Part shown: in pieces, positions 29,266-38,637 of the stretch
How the letters are laid out: each line of letters opens with the position of its first letter
Position numbering within the stretch: the stretch's first letter is position 1
From: an uncultured delta proteobacterium
GTDB taxonomy: Bacteria > Desulfobacterota > Syntrophia > Syntrophales > UBA2185
DNA: 64,000 nt
Direction of reading: 5' to 3'
Assembly (NCBI GenBank): GCA_963729715.1
Contig: CAVSPA010000007.1
Span: 64,001-128,000 of the forward strand
Translations under genes and position numbers: made by a program
Notes under the pieces: model-generated
What the model was told of the DNA's origin: nothing
The model's database searches: none
Seen by the model: the letters and a program-made list of their open reading frames with translations, nothing else

Positions 29266-29823
29266 ATGATTACGAAAGAAGATGCGGTTGCATTGCTCTG
29301 TCAATACATTAAGAATGAGAGGAGCTTATATCATTGCTATGCCGCAGAGGCGGTCATGAGGGCATTGGCGCGCCGGTTGGGACAAGATGAGGAGAAATGG
29401 GGCATCGCAGGATTGCTCCATGATCTGGATTTGGAGATGATTGACGGCAAACTAACAGTCCATACGCATGAAACCGCAAAGATCCTCGCTGAGATAGGCG
29501 TCGATCCGGAGATTATCGACGCCATTAAGATGCACAATGAAGATGCCTGGGGCGTGAAGAGGAATACCGTATTCCATCACGCTCTCGCGGCAGGCGAGAC
29601 CCTCACCGGCATGATCGCCGCTACGGCCCTCGTTTATCCAGATAAGAAACTGGCGAGTGTGAAGGCGAAATCAGTTACCAAGAGAATGAAGGAAAAGGCC
29701 TTTGCGGCATCCGTCAATCGGGATACGATCATGGAATGTGAGAAGCTCGGTATTCCGTTGGCCGAATTTGCGGAGATTTGTCTTGGAGCAATGAAAGAGA
29801 TCAGCGACCGTTTGGGATTATAA
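29266..29823 (+). CDS. HDIG/HD-domain metal-dependent phosphohydrolase
   Basis: HC..., GLLHDLD and KAFAASVNRD motifs. Confidence 0.85.
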   Translation: MITKEDAVALLCQYIKNERSLYHCYAAEAVMRALARRLGQDEEKWGIAGLLHDLDLEMIDGKLTVHTHETAKILAEIGVDPEIIDAIKMHNEDAWGVKRNTVFHHALAAGETLTGMIAATALVYPDKKLASVKAKSVTKRMKEKAFAASVNRDTIMECEKLGIPLAEFAEICLGAMKEISDRLGL

Positions 29824-29850
29824 TCAAACTATCCGTGGGAGGAAAATGTA

Positions 29851-30909
29851 ATGGGTAAGTCATACAGAGTCGCCGTAGTTCCGGGTGATGGAACAGGACC
29901 CGAGGTAATCGCAGAAGGATTGAAGGTACTCAAGGCTGCGTCCGCAAAGTATGGTTTCAAACTGGACCTGTCCCATTATGATTTGGGAGGCGAGCGATAT
30001 AAGCGCACCGGTGAGATATTGAGCGATGAAACCATAGAAGAGCTGAGAAAATTCGATGCAATCTATCTCGGCGCCATCGGCCATCCCGATGTAAAAGCGG
30101 GCATCCTCGAGAAGGGTATCCTCCTTAAACTTCGCTTCGCCCTTGATCAATACATAAATCTAAGGCCCGTTAAGCTCTATGCCGGCGTCGATACGCCTCT
30201 CAAAGACAAGAAACCTGAGGATATAGATTTCGTTGTCGTCAGGGAAAATACCGAAGGCCTTTATGCGGGCGCGGGCGGGTTCTTGAAGAGAGGCACTGCA
30301 GACGAGATTGCGACTCAGGAATCCATCAACACGCGCAAGGGAGTGGAGCGCTGCATAAGGTTTGCCTTCGAGTGCTGCCGCAAACGCAATAAGGCAAAGA
30401 AGCTGACGCTATGCGGAAAGACCAACGTGCTGACATATGCCTTCGACCTGTGGGAGAGGACATTCTACGAAGTGGCCGGAGAATATCCCGATATTAAAAC
30501 CGAATACGCCCATGTGGATGCGACCTGTATGTGGATGGTGAAGAATCCCGAATGGTTCGACGTGATTGTGACGGACAACCTGTTCGGCGACATCATCACC
30601 GATCTGGGAGCGATGATCCAAGGAGGCATGGGCATAGCCGCGGGCGGCAATATAAATCCGGAGGGCGTTTCGATGTTTGAACCCATAGGCGGCTCTGCGC
30701 CAAAGTACACGGGGCTGAACGTGGTCAATCCGCTTGCCGCCATTATGGCCGGGCAGATGATGCTGGAGATATTGGGAGAAGAGACTGCGGCCCTTGCCAT
30801 CGAAAAAGCCGTAATGAAGATTGTAGCAGAGAAAGTTAAAAGCATGTCCGCCGGAAAGCTGGGTTATTCGACAAGCGAGGTGGGCAGCCTCGTGGCCGGC
30901 TTGATTTAG
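29851..30909 (+). CDS. leuB: 3-isopropylmalate dehydrogenase
   Basis: GDGTGPEV, NLRP, RENTEGLY, NLFGDIITD and FEPIGGSAP motifs. Confidence 0.9.
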   Translation: MGKSYRVAVVPGDGTGPEVIAEGLKVLKAASAKYGFKLDLSHYDLGGERYKRTGEILSDETIEELRKFDAIYLGAIGHPDVKAGILEKGILLKLRFALDQYINLRPVKLYAGVDTPLKDKKPEDIDFVVVRENTEGLYAGAGGFLKRGTADEIATQESINTRKGVERCIRFAFECCRKRNKAKKLTLCGKTNVLTYAFDLWERTFYEVAGEYPDIKTEYAHVDATCMWMVKNPEWFDVIVTDNLFGDIITDLGAMIQGGMGIAAGGNINPEGVSMFEPIGGSAPKYTGLNVVNPLAAIMAGQMMLEILGEETAALAIEKAVMKIVAEKVKSMSAGKLGYSTSEVGSLVAGLI

Positions 30910-30929
30910 GCACCGGCAAAAATTTTAGT

Positions 30930-32294
30930 TCACATAACACCGTACTTCTTCAGTTTCAGGTGCAGTGTCCGCCGGGTGATGCCGAGCCGTCTGGCTGCTT
31001 CGCTTTTGTTTCCCCCGGCCGTTTCCAGGGCCTTCAGGATCGTTTCCTTTTCTACAGATTCGAGAGACGGCTCTCCCGCTTCGGTCTGCTGAACCGACAT
31101 TTCGCCCTCTTGCAGCTCTTTCCGTAAGACAAGGGCGAATTCCTCTTCACCGAGGTATTCCGACCGCGATAGCACAACTGCCCGTTCAACGGCATTCATG
31201 AGTTCCCGTACGTTACCCGGCCAATTGTGCTTCAGGAGTCGATCCATGGCCTGAGGGGTGAACCCTTTGATGACTTTGCGATTCTTCTTGGCAAACAAGG
31301 TGAGAAAGTGCCGGGCAATGAGCGGTATATCTTCCCTCCGTTCCCTGAGCGGCGGAACATTGAGCGTCACTACATTCAGACGGTAATAAAGGTCATCTCG
31401 GAAACGCCTCTCCCCAATTTCGCGCATGAGGTCTTTGTTGGTGGCGGCGATAACCCGCACGTCCACCTTGATGACATCATCTCCGCCCACACGGGTGATT
31501 TCCCTCTCCTGCAAAACGCGCAATAGCTTGACCTGCATGGCAGGAGACATCTCGCTTACTTCATCGAGGAAAAGAGTCCCTCCCTCGGCCTGACGAAATT
31601 TTCCTTCCTTCCTTCTTTCGGCGCCGGTAAAGGCGCCTTTTTCATGGCCGAAAAGCTCGGATTCAAGAAGCGTTTCCGTGATCGCGGCGCAATTGATTTT
31701 CACGAAAGGGCCGTTTTTCCGGAGGCTGTTGAAATGGATGGCTCCCGCAATCATTTCTTTTCCTGTTCCGGACTCGCCGGTAATCAGAACGGTTGCCTCG
31801 GAAGGCGCAACCTGAACCATGGTTTCGATGAGCTTCGTCATGGCCGGACTGTGCCCGATCAGGTTTTGACTGTTAAATTGACCGGCAAGACTCTCCCGCA
31901 GGTGGCGGTTCTCTTCCCTCAGCTGGCTGTGTTCCATAGACCGTTCGATGGTCAGTTTCAGTTCGTCAAAATCAAGAGGCTTGGTGAGATAATCGTAGGC
32001 GCCCTCTTTGAGTGCCTTAACCGCCGTCTCCACCGAGGCATAGGCAGTCATGATAATGACGGGGATAGCAGGGTTGAGTCTCTTTATCTCCGCAAGGGCC
32101 TCTAATCCGGATACCTTGAGCATACGAATGTCCATCAGGATCAGATCAAAAGTTTTCTGCGAAACGGCTTCGACGGCCTTTCCACCGTCGTCGGCTTCGG
32201 CAACATCATATCCCCAGCCGCCTAGCAGCGTTTTTAACATAGTCCGATGGGCAAGGTCATCATCCACGACCAAAATAGTATTTTTCGATTTCAT
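30930..32294 (-). CDS. Sigma-54-dependent response regulator (ZraR/NtrC family)
   Basis: Receiver domain, GESGTGKE, ESELFGHEKGAFTGA, LDEV, WPGNVREL and Fis-type HTH; start taken at MKSKN. Confidence 0.93.
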   Translation of the reverse strand: MKSKNTILVVDDDLAHRTMLKTLLGGWGYDVAEADDGGKAVEAVSQKTFDLILMDIRMLKVSGLEALAEIKRLNPAIPVIIMTAYASVETAVKALKEGAYDYLTKPLDFDELKLTIERSMEHSQLREENRHLRESLAGQFNSQNLIGHSPAMTKLIETMVQVAPSEATVLITGESGTGKEMIAGAIHFNSLRKNGPFVKINCAAITETLLESELFGHEKGAFTGAERRKEGKFRQAEGGTLFLDEVSEMSPAMQVKLLRVLQEREITRVGGDDVIKVDVRVIAATNKDLMREIGERRFRDDLYYRLNVVTLNVPPLRERREDIPLIARHFLTLFAKKNRKVIKGFTPQAMDRLLKHNWPGNVRELMNAVERAVVLSRSEYLGEEEFALVLRKELQEGEMSVQQTEAGEPSLESVEKETILKALETAGGNKSEAARRLGITRRTLHLKLKKYGVM

Positions 32295-32352
32295 ATATTT
32301 CTCACCAATGTCTTCTCTTGAGTTCAAGCAGAGCCCTGAACCAGCAAAGTAG

Positions 32353-34134
32353 TTATGCGCACGTCTCCGATGCCGGGCCGACGGGTAGAAAGATTGACAC
32401 CGTGGTTCCCTTCTCAGGTTCACTTGTCACCCGGAGTTCACCGTCGTGGGATTCCATTATTTTATGAACAATGGCAAGCCCGAGACCCGTCCCGGAAGAC
32501 CTGGTCGTAAAGTATGGATCAAAGATGCGGGCAAGGTCCTTTTCATTAATACCCTTTCCCGTGTCGGTAACATCGATCCTTACCGCGCGGCCCTCATGCA
32601 GCAGAACCGCTACCGTAAGCGTGCCGCCTTTGTCCATGGCTTCGAGGGCATTCAAATACAGATTGAGCAACACCTGTGTGATCTTATCTGAATCAATGAA
32701 AATATCCCCTAAATGATCAGGCAAATCTATGCGAACGGCAACATTTTTTGCCTTCGCCTGGCCTTCGATCATTCTTAGCGTATGTCTGATCACCTCCTGA
32801 ATAGAAGCCCACTGCTTTTTCATCTCCATCGGTTTTGCAAATTCAAGAAGCTGGCCGATAACCCGGTTTAGCCTTTCGACCTCCTGAACCATGATCTCCG
32901 CGGTTTTCTGATCCTCAGGATTATCACTGTAGCGCTCTTTGAAAAAAGTGGCAAAGCCTTTGATGGAACTTAAGGGATTCCTTATTTCATGGGCGATCCC
33001 GGCTGCCAGACTTCCCACTGACGCTAGGCGTCGGCTACGCTCCATTTCCTTCTTCAAGTGCTGTACCTCAGTGATGTCCCTGAAAAGTATTACAAAGCCA
33101 AGAAATTTGCCATCCTCTTCTTCGAGGGCTGTGGCAATCACTTCAAGGGAAATTGTCCTGCCGTCTGCAAGAGGGCAATCTATCTCCTCCTCGATTACTT
33201 TTTCTTCAGCTTTCAGGCCTTGCAGTAAGGCCATGCACGGCGGAGGTATGATGCCTTGGGCATTCTTTCCCAGGATATCCGCATGTGAATAGCCGAGGAT
33301 GGATTCGGCGGTCTGGTTAAATGAGATAATTTCCTCCCGGTTATTTATGGCAACGAGGCCGATGGGCATATTTTCCACGAGGCTGTCGGAAAATATTTTT
33401 ATTCTGGAAAAGGAGGTCTTTGCCGAGCGATACCCTTGCGCAAGAAAGAGAGAAATGACTCCCGAACATCCAATCAGAATAAGAATGGCGGCAATCAAGA
33501 CGGTGTGACGTGTATCCTGCTCTCTTGCCGCCATGACCGGCCCCATATCCATCCCGACAAAAATGATGAACCCCGACGATGTTCCCGCTGACTTGTCCGT
33601 TTCACGCGGCGATGGCTGCTTATCTGATTTTGGTCCTTTCATAAATCCCTGAAAAGGTTTCTCTGTCGGAGAAAATTGCCGGTATACTTCAAACGTATCG
33701 GCGCCTTCAGGATTGGGAACTTGCCGCCATTCCACTTGTTTTAAAGCAGCAAGACGTGCGAGATCAAGATCCGTCCCGTACGTTTCCCCGATCATCGAGG
33801 GATCGCTGTCGGCCACGATCGTGCCTTCTGCATCAGTTACGATCAGATGATCGATGTCCGGCTGCTGTGCTGTTTCAATCAACAGCTTCTGGAGCTGAAA
33901 ACTGCTCCATCGCATTCCTATGCCCGTTCTCGCACCCGCTTCAAAAGATCTTATCAGCGCCGCGCCCTTCTCAACCAAGAGCTGTGTGGTATATTCCTTC
34001 TGTTTGTTGATACTCTGGATGGTCAATACGACAAAGACGGGTAAAATAATGACCACGGCTCCGATGATAAACCAGGGCGAAACACCTGCCCAAAATTTCC
34101 TGCCTCTTTCATTAATCTTGTTCTTCATCTTCAT
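32353..34134 (-). CDS. ZraS-like PAS-domain sensor histidine kinase
   Basis: Two TM helices, KGAALIRSFEAGARTG periplasmic start, PAS region, AHEIRNPL, DTGKGI and GTGLGL. Confidence 0.9.
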   Translation of the reverse strand: MKMKNKINERGRKFWAGVSPWFIIGAVVIILPVFVVLTIQSINKQKEYTTQLLVEKGAALIRSFEAGARTGIGMRWSSFQLQKLLIETAQQPDIDHLIVTDAEGTIVADSDPSMIGETYGTDLDLARLAALKQVEWRQVPNPEGADTFEVYRQFSPTEKPFQGFMKGPKSDKQPSPRETDKSAGTSSGFIIFVGMDMGPVMAAREQDTRHTVLIAAILILIGCSGVISLFLAQGYRSAKTSFSRIKIFSDSLVENMPIGLVAINNREEIISFNQTAESILGYSHADILGKNAQGIIPPPCMALLQGLKAEEKVIEEEIDCPLADGRTISLEVIATALEEEDGKFLGFVILFRDITEVQHLKKEMERSRRLASVGSLAAGIAHEIRNPLSSIKGFATFFKERYSDNPEDQKTAEIMVQEVERLNRVIGQLLEFAKPMEMKKQWASIQEVIRHTLRMIEGQAKAKNVAVRIDLPDHLGDIFIDSDKITQVLLNLYLNALEAMDKGGTLTVAVLLHEGRAVRIDVTDTGKGINEKDLARIFDPYFTTRSSGTGLGLAIVHKIMESHDGELRVTSEPEKGTTVSIFLPVGPASETCA

Positions 34135-34135
34135 C

Positions 34136-34184
34136 TGGATATTTTTTATTCAACTGGATACCATAATCGGATACTTTTTATCCA
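34136..34184. promoter_or_regulatory. Putative tandem upstream activator sites for the sigma-54 activator
   Basis: TGGATA-N5-TATTCA (34136-34152) and CGGATA-N5-TATCCA (34168-34184), 32 bp apart. Confidence 0.55.
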
Positions 34185-34282
34185 TATTTTTTCTTTAGAG
34201 TACCAGTTACAACACCGGACAAACATAGATGAATGGCTGATACCATTGCTATATAAGCATGTTACATTTGGAGAAATTAATC

Positions 34283-34298
34283 TGGCACAACCCTTGCT
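34283..34298 (+). promoter_or_regulatory. Sigma-54 (-24/-12) promoter
   Basis: TGGCAC-AACCC-TTGCT, with GG and GC exactly 12 bp apart, upstream of the ZraP-like gene. Confidence 0.85.
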
Positions 34299-34345
34299 CT
34301 GCATACAAGCAAAAGAGAAAAATATTTTTTAAGGAGAATACGACC

Positions 34346-34840
34346 ATGAAAAAATTAATAATGACATTAGTAACAGTGCTTGTTGTGATGGCTTTATCGG
34401 CTTATGCCTTTGCCTACGGTCCCGGCTCGGGAAGAGGGCGTGGCGGAGATTGCTACGGGTCCGATACATCATTTCTATCCCGGCTTAATCTGACGCCCGA
34501 ACAGACGACAAAGATCAATGCCCTCCGTGAAGCCAATCTGCGGGATACAAAGCCCCTCAGGGACAAGATGTACATCAAGCGCGGTGATCTAAAGCTGCTC
34601 TGGCTGCAAACGAATCCCGACCAGAACAAGATTGCGGCAGCACAGAAAGAGATCAGGACCCTTCGCGATCAAATGCAGGATAAAATGACCGCCTATCGGC
34701 TGGAAGTTCTCAAGGTATTGACGCCCGAACAGCAGGAGCAGGTAAAATCTTTCAAAGTGGGACGCGGTTTTGGCCCCGGCATGAAGGGTGGCCCAGGTAT
34801 GGGCGGAGGTCCAGGCATGGGCAATAGAGGTAACTGGTAA
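34346..34840 (+). CDS. Spy/CpxP/ZraP family periplasmic protein
   Basis: AGGAG RBS; signal peptide ending AFA; two LTPEQ (LTxxQ) motifs; C-terminal GPGM repeats. Confidence 0.88.
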   Translation: MKKLIMTLVTVLVVMALSAYAFAYGPGSGRGRGGDCYGSDTSFLSRLNLTPEQTTKINALREANLRDTKPLRDKMYIKRGDLKLLWLQTNPDQNKIAAAQKEIRTLRDQMQDKMTAYRLEVLKVLTPEQQEQVKSFKVGRGFGPGMKGGPGMGGGPGMGNRGNW

Positions 34841-34856
34841 AAAATTCTTTTCTCGC

Positions 34857-34893
34857 GATCATTCGGGAGGCCGCCTCCACCTCCCGGATGATC
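34857..34893. terminator. Stem-loop between convergent genes (possible terminator)
   Basis: GATCATTCGGGAGG / CCTCCCGGATGATC form a 14-bp stem with one G-U pair; no clear U-tract. Confidence 0.45.
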
Positions 34894-34991
34894 ATCGTAT
34901 CGCCTTCCGGAGTTTCGATACAATCAGTCATTTACAGTCCGCACAGTCTCGATCTTCGCAAAATGTTGCGGCGTCTTCCAAATCTTCTTCC

Positions 34992-36182
34992 TCAGGCAAA
35001 AAGCCCGGCCATCTTCTTTCCATATTCGACGCATGCCCCAATGCTCTCGGAATCCGGATTCCAAAGGATCTTTATTCCTCCGTCAACGACCTCGAAGCCC
35101 GCGGATTGAAGGTTCTCGGAAATAACCTTTACGGATTCGCCGCTCCAGCCGTAGCAGCCAAAGGCCGCTGCTTTCTTGCCTTGGAATTTCAAACCTTTTA
35201 TCTCTTCGAGGAGCGCAGCGACAGCCGTCAGTATGCCCCGGTTTATAGTCGGGGAGCCGACAAGAACGGCCTTTGATTTAAAAATCTCCGTGATCACGTC
35301 ATTCTTGTCCGATTTGGAGAGATTGTACAACTTCACATTTACCTTCTGATCAGATTGCTTAATGCCGGAGGCGATATTTTCCGCCATCACACGGGTGCCG
35401 TTCCACATGGAATCGTAGATGATGGTGATCTGGTTTTCTTTATAGCTGTCGGCCCATTTCAGATACTGCTCGACAATCCGAACGGGGTTATCCCGCCAGA
35501 TGACACCGTGGCTTGTACAGATAATATCCACGGGTAATTTGAAGGATAAGACCTCCTTGATTTTTTTGCCGACGAAAGCGCTGAACGGCGTTAGGATATT
35601 CGCATAATACTTTATGCATTCCTCCATCAGTTCGGCCTGGTCGACGAGATCATTAAACATGAACTCCGTTGCATAGTGCTGGCCAAATGCATCATTGCTG
35701 AACAAAATATTATCGCCCGTCAGGTAGCAAAACATGGTGTCCGGCCAGTGAAGCATCGGCGCTTCCACAAAAATCAATTCCTTTTTCCCCAGACTCAGAC
35801 GGTCGCCTGTTTTTACTGCATGGAAATCCCAATCCTGATGATAGTGACCCTTAAGGGATTTGATACCGTTTGCGGTGCAGTATATGGGCGTACCCGGAAT
35901 ACGGCTCATGAGTTCGGGCAGGGCGCCGCTGTGATCGATCTCCGCATGGTTTGCAATAACATAGTCGATTTTTTTTAGATCAATTATCTGTCGTAGGTTC
36001 TCAACATACTCTTTTGCGAACGGAAGCCATGCCGTGTCGATCAAAGCTACTTTTTCTTCTTCGATGAGATACGAATTATAGGTCGACCCACGATGTGTGG
36101 AATATTCATCCCCATGAAACTTCCTGAGCTCCCAATCGATCTTGCCGACCCATGAAACGTTGCTTTTGACCTGTATTCTCAT
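34992..36182 (-). CDS. fprA: Flavodiiron protein (FprA/Roo, O2/NO reductase)
   Basis: Metallo-beta-lactamase diiron motifs NHAEIDH, HWPD, NDAFG and SHG plus flavodoxin motifs SMWNGT and YGWSG. Confidence 0.92.
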   Translation of the reverse strand: MRIQVKSNVSWVGKIDWELRKFHGDEYSTHRGSTYNSYLIEEEKVALIDTAWLPFAKEYVENLRQIIDLKKIDYVIANHAEIDHSGALPELMSRIPGTPIYCTANGIKSLKGHYHQDWDFHAVKTGDRLSLGKKELIFVEAPMLHWPDTMFCYLTGDNILFSNDAFGQHYATEFMFNDLVDQAELMEECIKYYANILTPFSAFVGKKIKEVLSFKLPVDIICTSHGVIWRDNPVRIVEQYLKWADSYKENQITIIYDSMWNGTRVMAENIASGIKQSDQKVNVKLYNLSKSDKNDVITEIFKSKAVLVGSPTINRGILTAVAALLEEIKGLKFQGKKAAAFGCYGWSGESVKVISENLQSAGFEVVDGGIKILWNPDSESIGACVEYGKKMAGLFA

Positions 36183-36615
36183 ATTATTCCTCCTTCCTTC
36201 CCTCCTGAATTTTATTCATATAGTTGCCTTAACATTTCCTGGGCCACATGAGCGGACGACCTATCCGTATCGAACGAAAAACAATGACGTTAATCAGCGA
36301 ATGCAATAATTACTACTATAATACCCACATCTATCCCAGAGGTCAAAAATATTTTTGTTGATTTTGCGGTTGCCTATCGAACATATTTCGTCCCATTAAT
36401 ATGGATTGATGTCTTCGATAACCCATCCTCTGTCCAAAGTAAGTTTCTTAATACATTGACTGACGTAGAAATAAGATTATTCAAGAACATAATTGACCGT
36501 TCTCCTTGTAATATGTTAATTTTTGAACATAATATTTTTCTTTTTAAACGACATGTCGTTCTCGTGAAAGTCGAAGATATGATGTCTCAATAAATAGTGA
36601 TGGGGGGGGTTCCAT

Positions 36616-37155
36616 ATGGCAAAATGGATTATCGACACGGATCATACGGTCGCACATTTCACGGTGCGCCACATGATGATAAACGACGTTCACGGTCAGT
36701 TTAATAAAATCTCCGGTTTTGTCAACTTTGACCCATCGCATATTCCCGGTACGTCCATAGAGATCGAGATAGATGCAGCGAGCATTTTCACCGGCATTGA
36801 ACCGAGAGACAACCATCTCCGAAGTTCCGATTTTTTCGATGTGGAAAAGTATCCCCATATTCTTTTCAAGAGCACTGAAATCGAAAATGTCGGAAGCAAC
36901 ATGCTCAAGGTCCATGGACGTCTCACTATTTGCGGCGTGGAGAAGCCCGTTCTTCTTCACGCTCAATTCTTCGGTCCGACCTACTTCACAGACGAAACCG
37001 GTTCGTATACCACTATGGGATTTGCCGCTACGGCTTACCTCCAGCGGGAAGATTTCGGAATGACGTGGAACTACAAATATCCGGGGGGATTTACCGTGGG
37101 GAAACATATCGACATTACCCTGAATGCGGAAGCCGACATGGAAAAAGAAGATTAA
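36616..37155 (+). CDS. YceI family protein
   Basis: WIIDTDHT..F.VRH, RDNHLRS.DFFD and REDFGM.W motifs. Confidence 0.9.
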   Translation: MAKWIIDTDHTVAHFTVRHMMINDVHGQFNKISGFVNFDPSHIPGTSIEIEIDAASIFTGIEPRDNHLRSSDFFDVEKYPHILFKSTEIENVGSNMLKVHGRLTICGVEKPVLLHAQFFGPTYFTDETGSYTTMGFAATAYLQREDFGMTWNYKYPGGFTVGKHIDITLNAEADMEKED

Positions 37156-37232
37156 GAATAACGGCAATCTTTTTAGGATGAAATTTAGAGTAGTTCCTAT
37201 AGTGAATCTTCTTTAGAGAACAGGTAACGCCA

Positions 37233-38294
37233 ATGAAGAGCAACGATGCCAAGAAGTCTTCTGTCAAAATGCGCCGCACCAGTTCCGGCATGTCGATCAT
37301 CCTGAATAGAAAAGAGGCGCTGAACAGTCTCAACCTCGAGATGGTCCGGCTTATAACGGGCCATTTTAACGAAGCGCTTGCAGATGACGAATGCAAGCTT
37401 ATCCTGTTCTACGGTCTTGGTGAAAGAGGATTCTGCGCCGGCGGCGATATCAGGCGCATCGCTCTCGATATGCAGAACAACAACCTGGACGACGTAAACA
37501 AATTTTTCCGAGAGGAATTCCGTCTTGATCTGATGATCCATCGATCTCCCAAACCAGTAATTGTGATCGCCGACGGCATCACCATGGGCGGCGGCCTTGG
37601 CATTGCAGCGGGCGCAGACTGGGTGATCGCGACGGAAAAGACGCGGATGGCCATGCCGGAAACAAGGATCGGTTTTTTCCCCGATGTGGGCGCAACCGGA
37701 TGGATGTACAGCAAGTGTCCGCCCGGCTATCCGGAATACATGGCTCTCACAAGTCATGAATTGAAGGGCAGTGAGTGTGTCCGCGTCGGTTTCGCAACAC
37801 ATTTGACATCCGCAGATAAGGTCAATGATTTGATCAGATCCATCGAAAGCTTCAAGGCAAAGGGCATATCAACCGCGAAGGAACTGCTGGCCCTGCTACT
37901 GAGGAAGATCAAGATCTACTTCTATAGGAATATAGCGCCGAGACCGGACATAGACACATGGGTGGCAGAATATTTTGCAGGACAACCATCCCTGCAAGAG
38001 ATTATCGATTCACTTCAGGCGTGCCCTATCCTTCTTTCTCCCTGTGAAGGCCTGACGTCGGAACTTTCAGAAAGATCCCCCACAGCTCTAACCTTGACGC
38101 TCACGCTGTTGCGCCACAATGAACATCTCCCCATGGGAAAGGTTTATGAGGCGGACTTTCGGGCCATGCAATTTATCGTAAGACACGCTGACTTCCTCGA
38201 AGGTGTTCGGGCCCGGATTATAGATAAGGATGATAAGCCCCGCTGGCACCCCGAAAGTTTTAACGACGTGGACATCTCCAAGTTGCGGCTGTGA
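37233..38294 (+). CDS. Enoyl-CoA hydratase/isomerase family protein (3-hydroxyisobutyryl-CoA hydrolase-like)
   Basis: LNR..ALNSL, FCAGGDI, MGGGLG, MPETRIGFFPDVG and DFLEGVRA.IIDKD..PRW motifs. Confidence 0.88.
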   Translation: MKSNDAKKSSVKMRRTSSGMSIILNRKEALNSLNLEMVRLITGHFNEALADDECKLILFYGLGERGFCAGGDIRRIALDMQNNNLDDVNKFFREEFRLDLMIHRSPKPVIVIADGITMGGGLGIAAGADWVIATEKTRMAMPETRIGFFPDVGATGWMYSKCPPGYPEYMALTSHELKGSECVRVGFATHLTSADKVNDLIRSIESFKAKGISTAKELLALLLRKIKIYFYRNIAPRPDIDTWVAEYFAGQPSLQEIIDSLQACPILLSPCEGLTSELSERSPTALTLTLTLLRHNEHLPMGKVYEADFRAMQFIVRHADFLEGVRARIIDKDDKPRWHPESFNDVDISKLRL

Positions 38295-38372
38295 TATAAG
38301 AAAGAGGGTGCTGTGACTTTTCCCTGCGCCGCTTCCGGCTTGTGACTCTTTTTATGCTTTTAAAAAAACGCC

Positions 38373-38401
38373 TTGACATAGTTCCCACTCTGATTTATTC
38401 T
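38373..38401 (+). promoter_or_regulatory. Sigma-70 promoter of the leu leader/leuACD
   Basis: TTGACA (38373-38378), 17 bp, TATTCT (38396-38401). Confidence 0.65.
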
Positions 38402-38442
38402 AAATTCAGTATTAAAAGGATTTTCTGAAAGTGACGTTTGGC

Positions 38443-38547
38443 ATGGAGAAGGCATTGGTTAACTCAAAGAGCAACGCGATCCTGATTCTCGCTCTTCTTC
38501 GCCTTTTGCCCAATGGCAGGCGCCCGTCGTTTTTAGGTAGTCCTTAA
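38443..38547 (+). CDS. Leu/Ile-rich leader peptide of the leu attenuator
   Basis: MEKALVNSKSNAILILALLRLLPNGRRPSFLGSP*, not in the ORF track; alternative TTG start at 38455 after GGAG. Confidence 0.7.
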   Translation: MEKALVNSKSNAILILALLRLLPNGRRPSFLGSP

Positions 38548-38571
38548 GTCAACCGCAAATAGAACGTACCT

Positions 38572-38607
38572 AAAGGCCATGGGCTCCAGAAGCTCATGGC
38601 CTTTTTT
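38572..38607 (+). terminator. Attenuator (rho-independent) terminator upstream of leuA
   Basis: AAAGGCCATGGGCT-CCAGA-AGCTCATGGCCTTT stem ending in a T-run. Confidence 0.8.
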
Positions 38608-38637
38608 ATTTGTCGATTAGATTGAAGGGAGGGAGAT

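Noticed and set aside
32295..32423. 43-aa N-terminal extension of the sigma-54 regulator given by the ORF track
   Set aside because: It overlaps the kinase 3' end; ATG 32294 has an upstream GGTGAG RBS-like sequence and starts right at the receiver domain.
36183..36615. Fur/PerR/FNR-like boxes and three GAACATAWT copies in the fprA-yceI intergenic region
   Set aside because: The region is very AT-rich and the matches are too degenerate to separate from chance.
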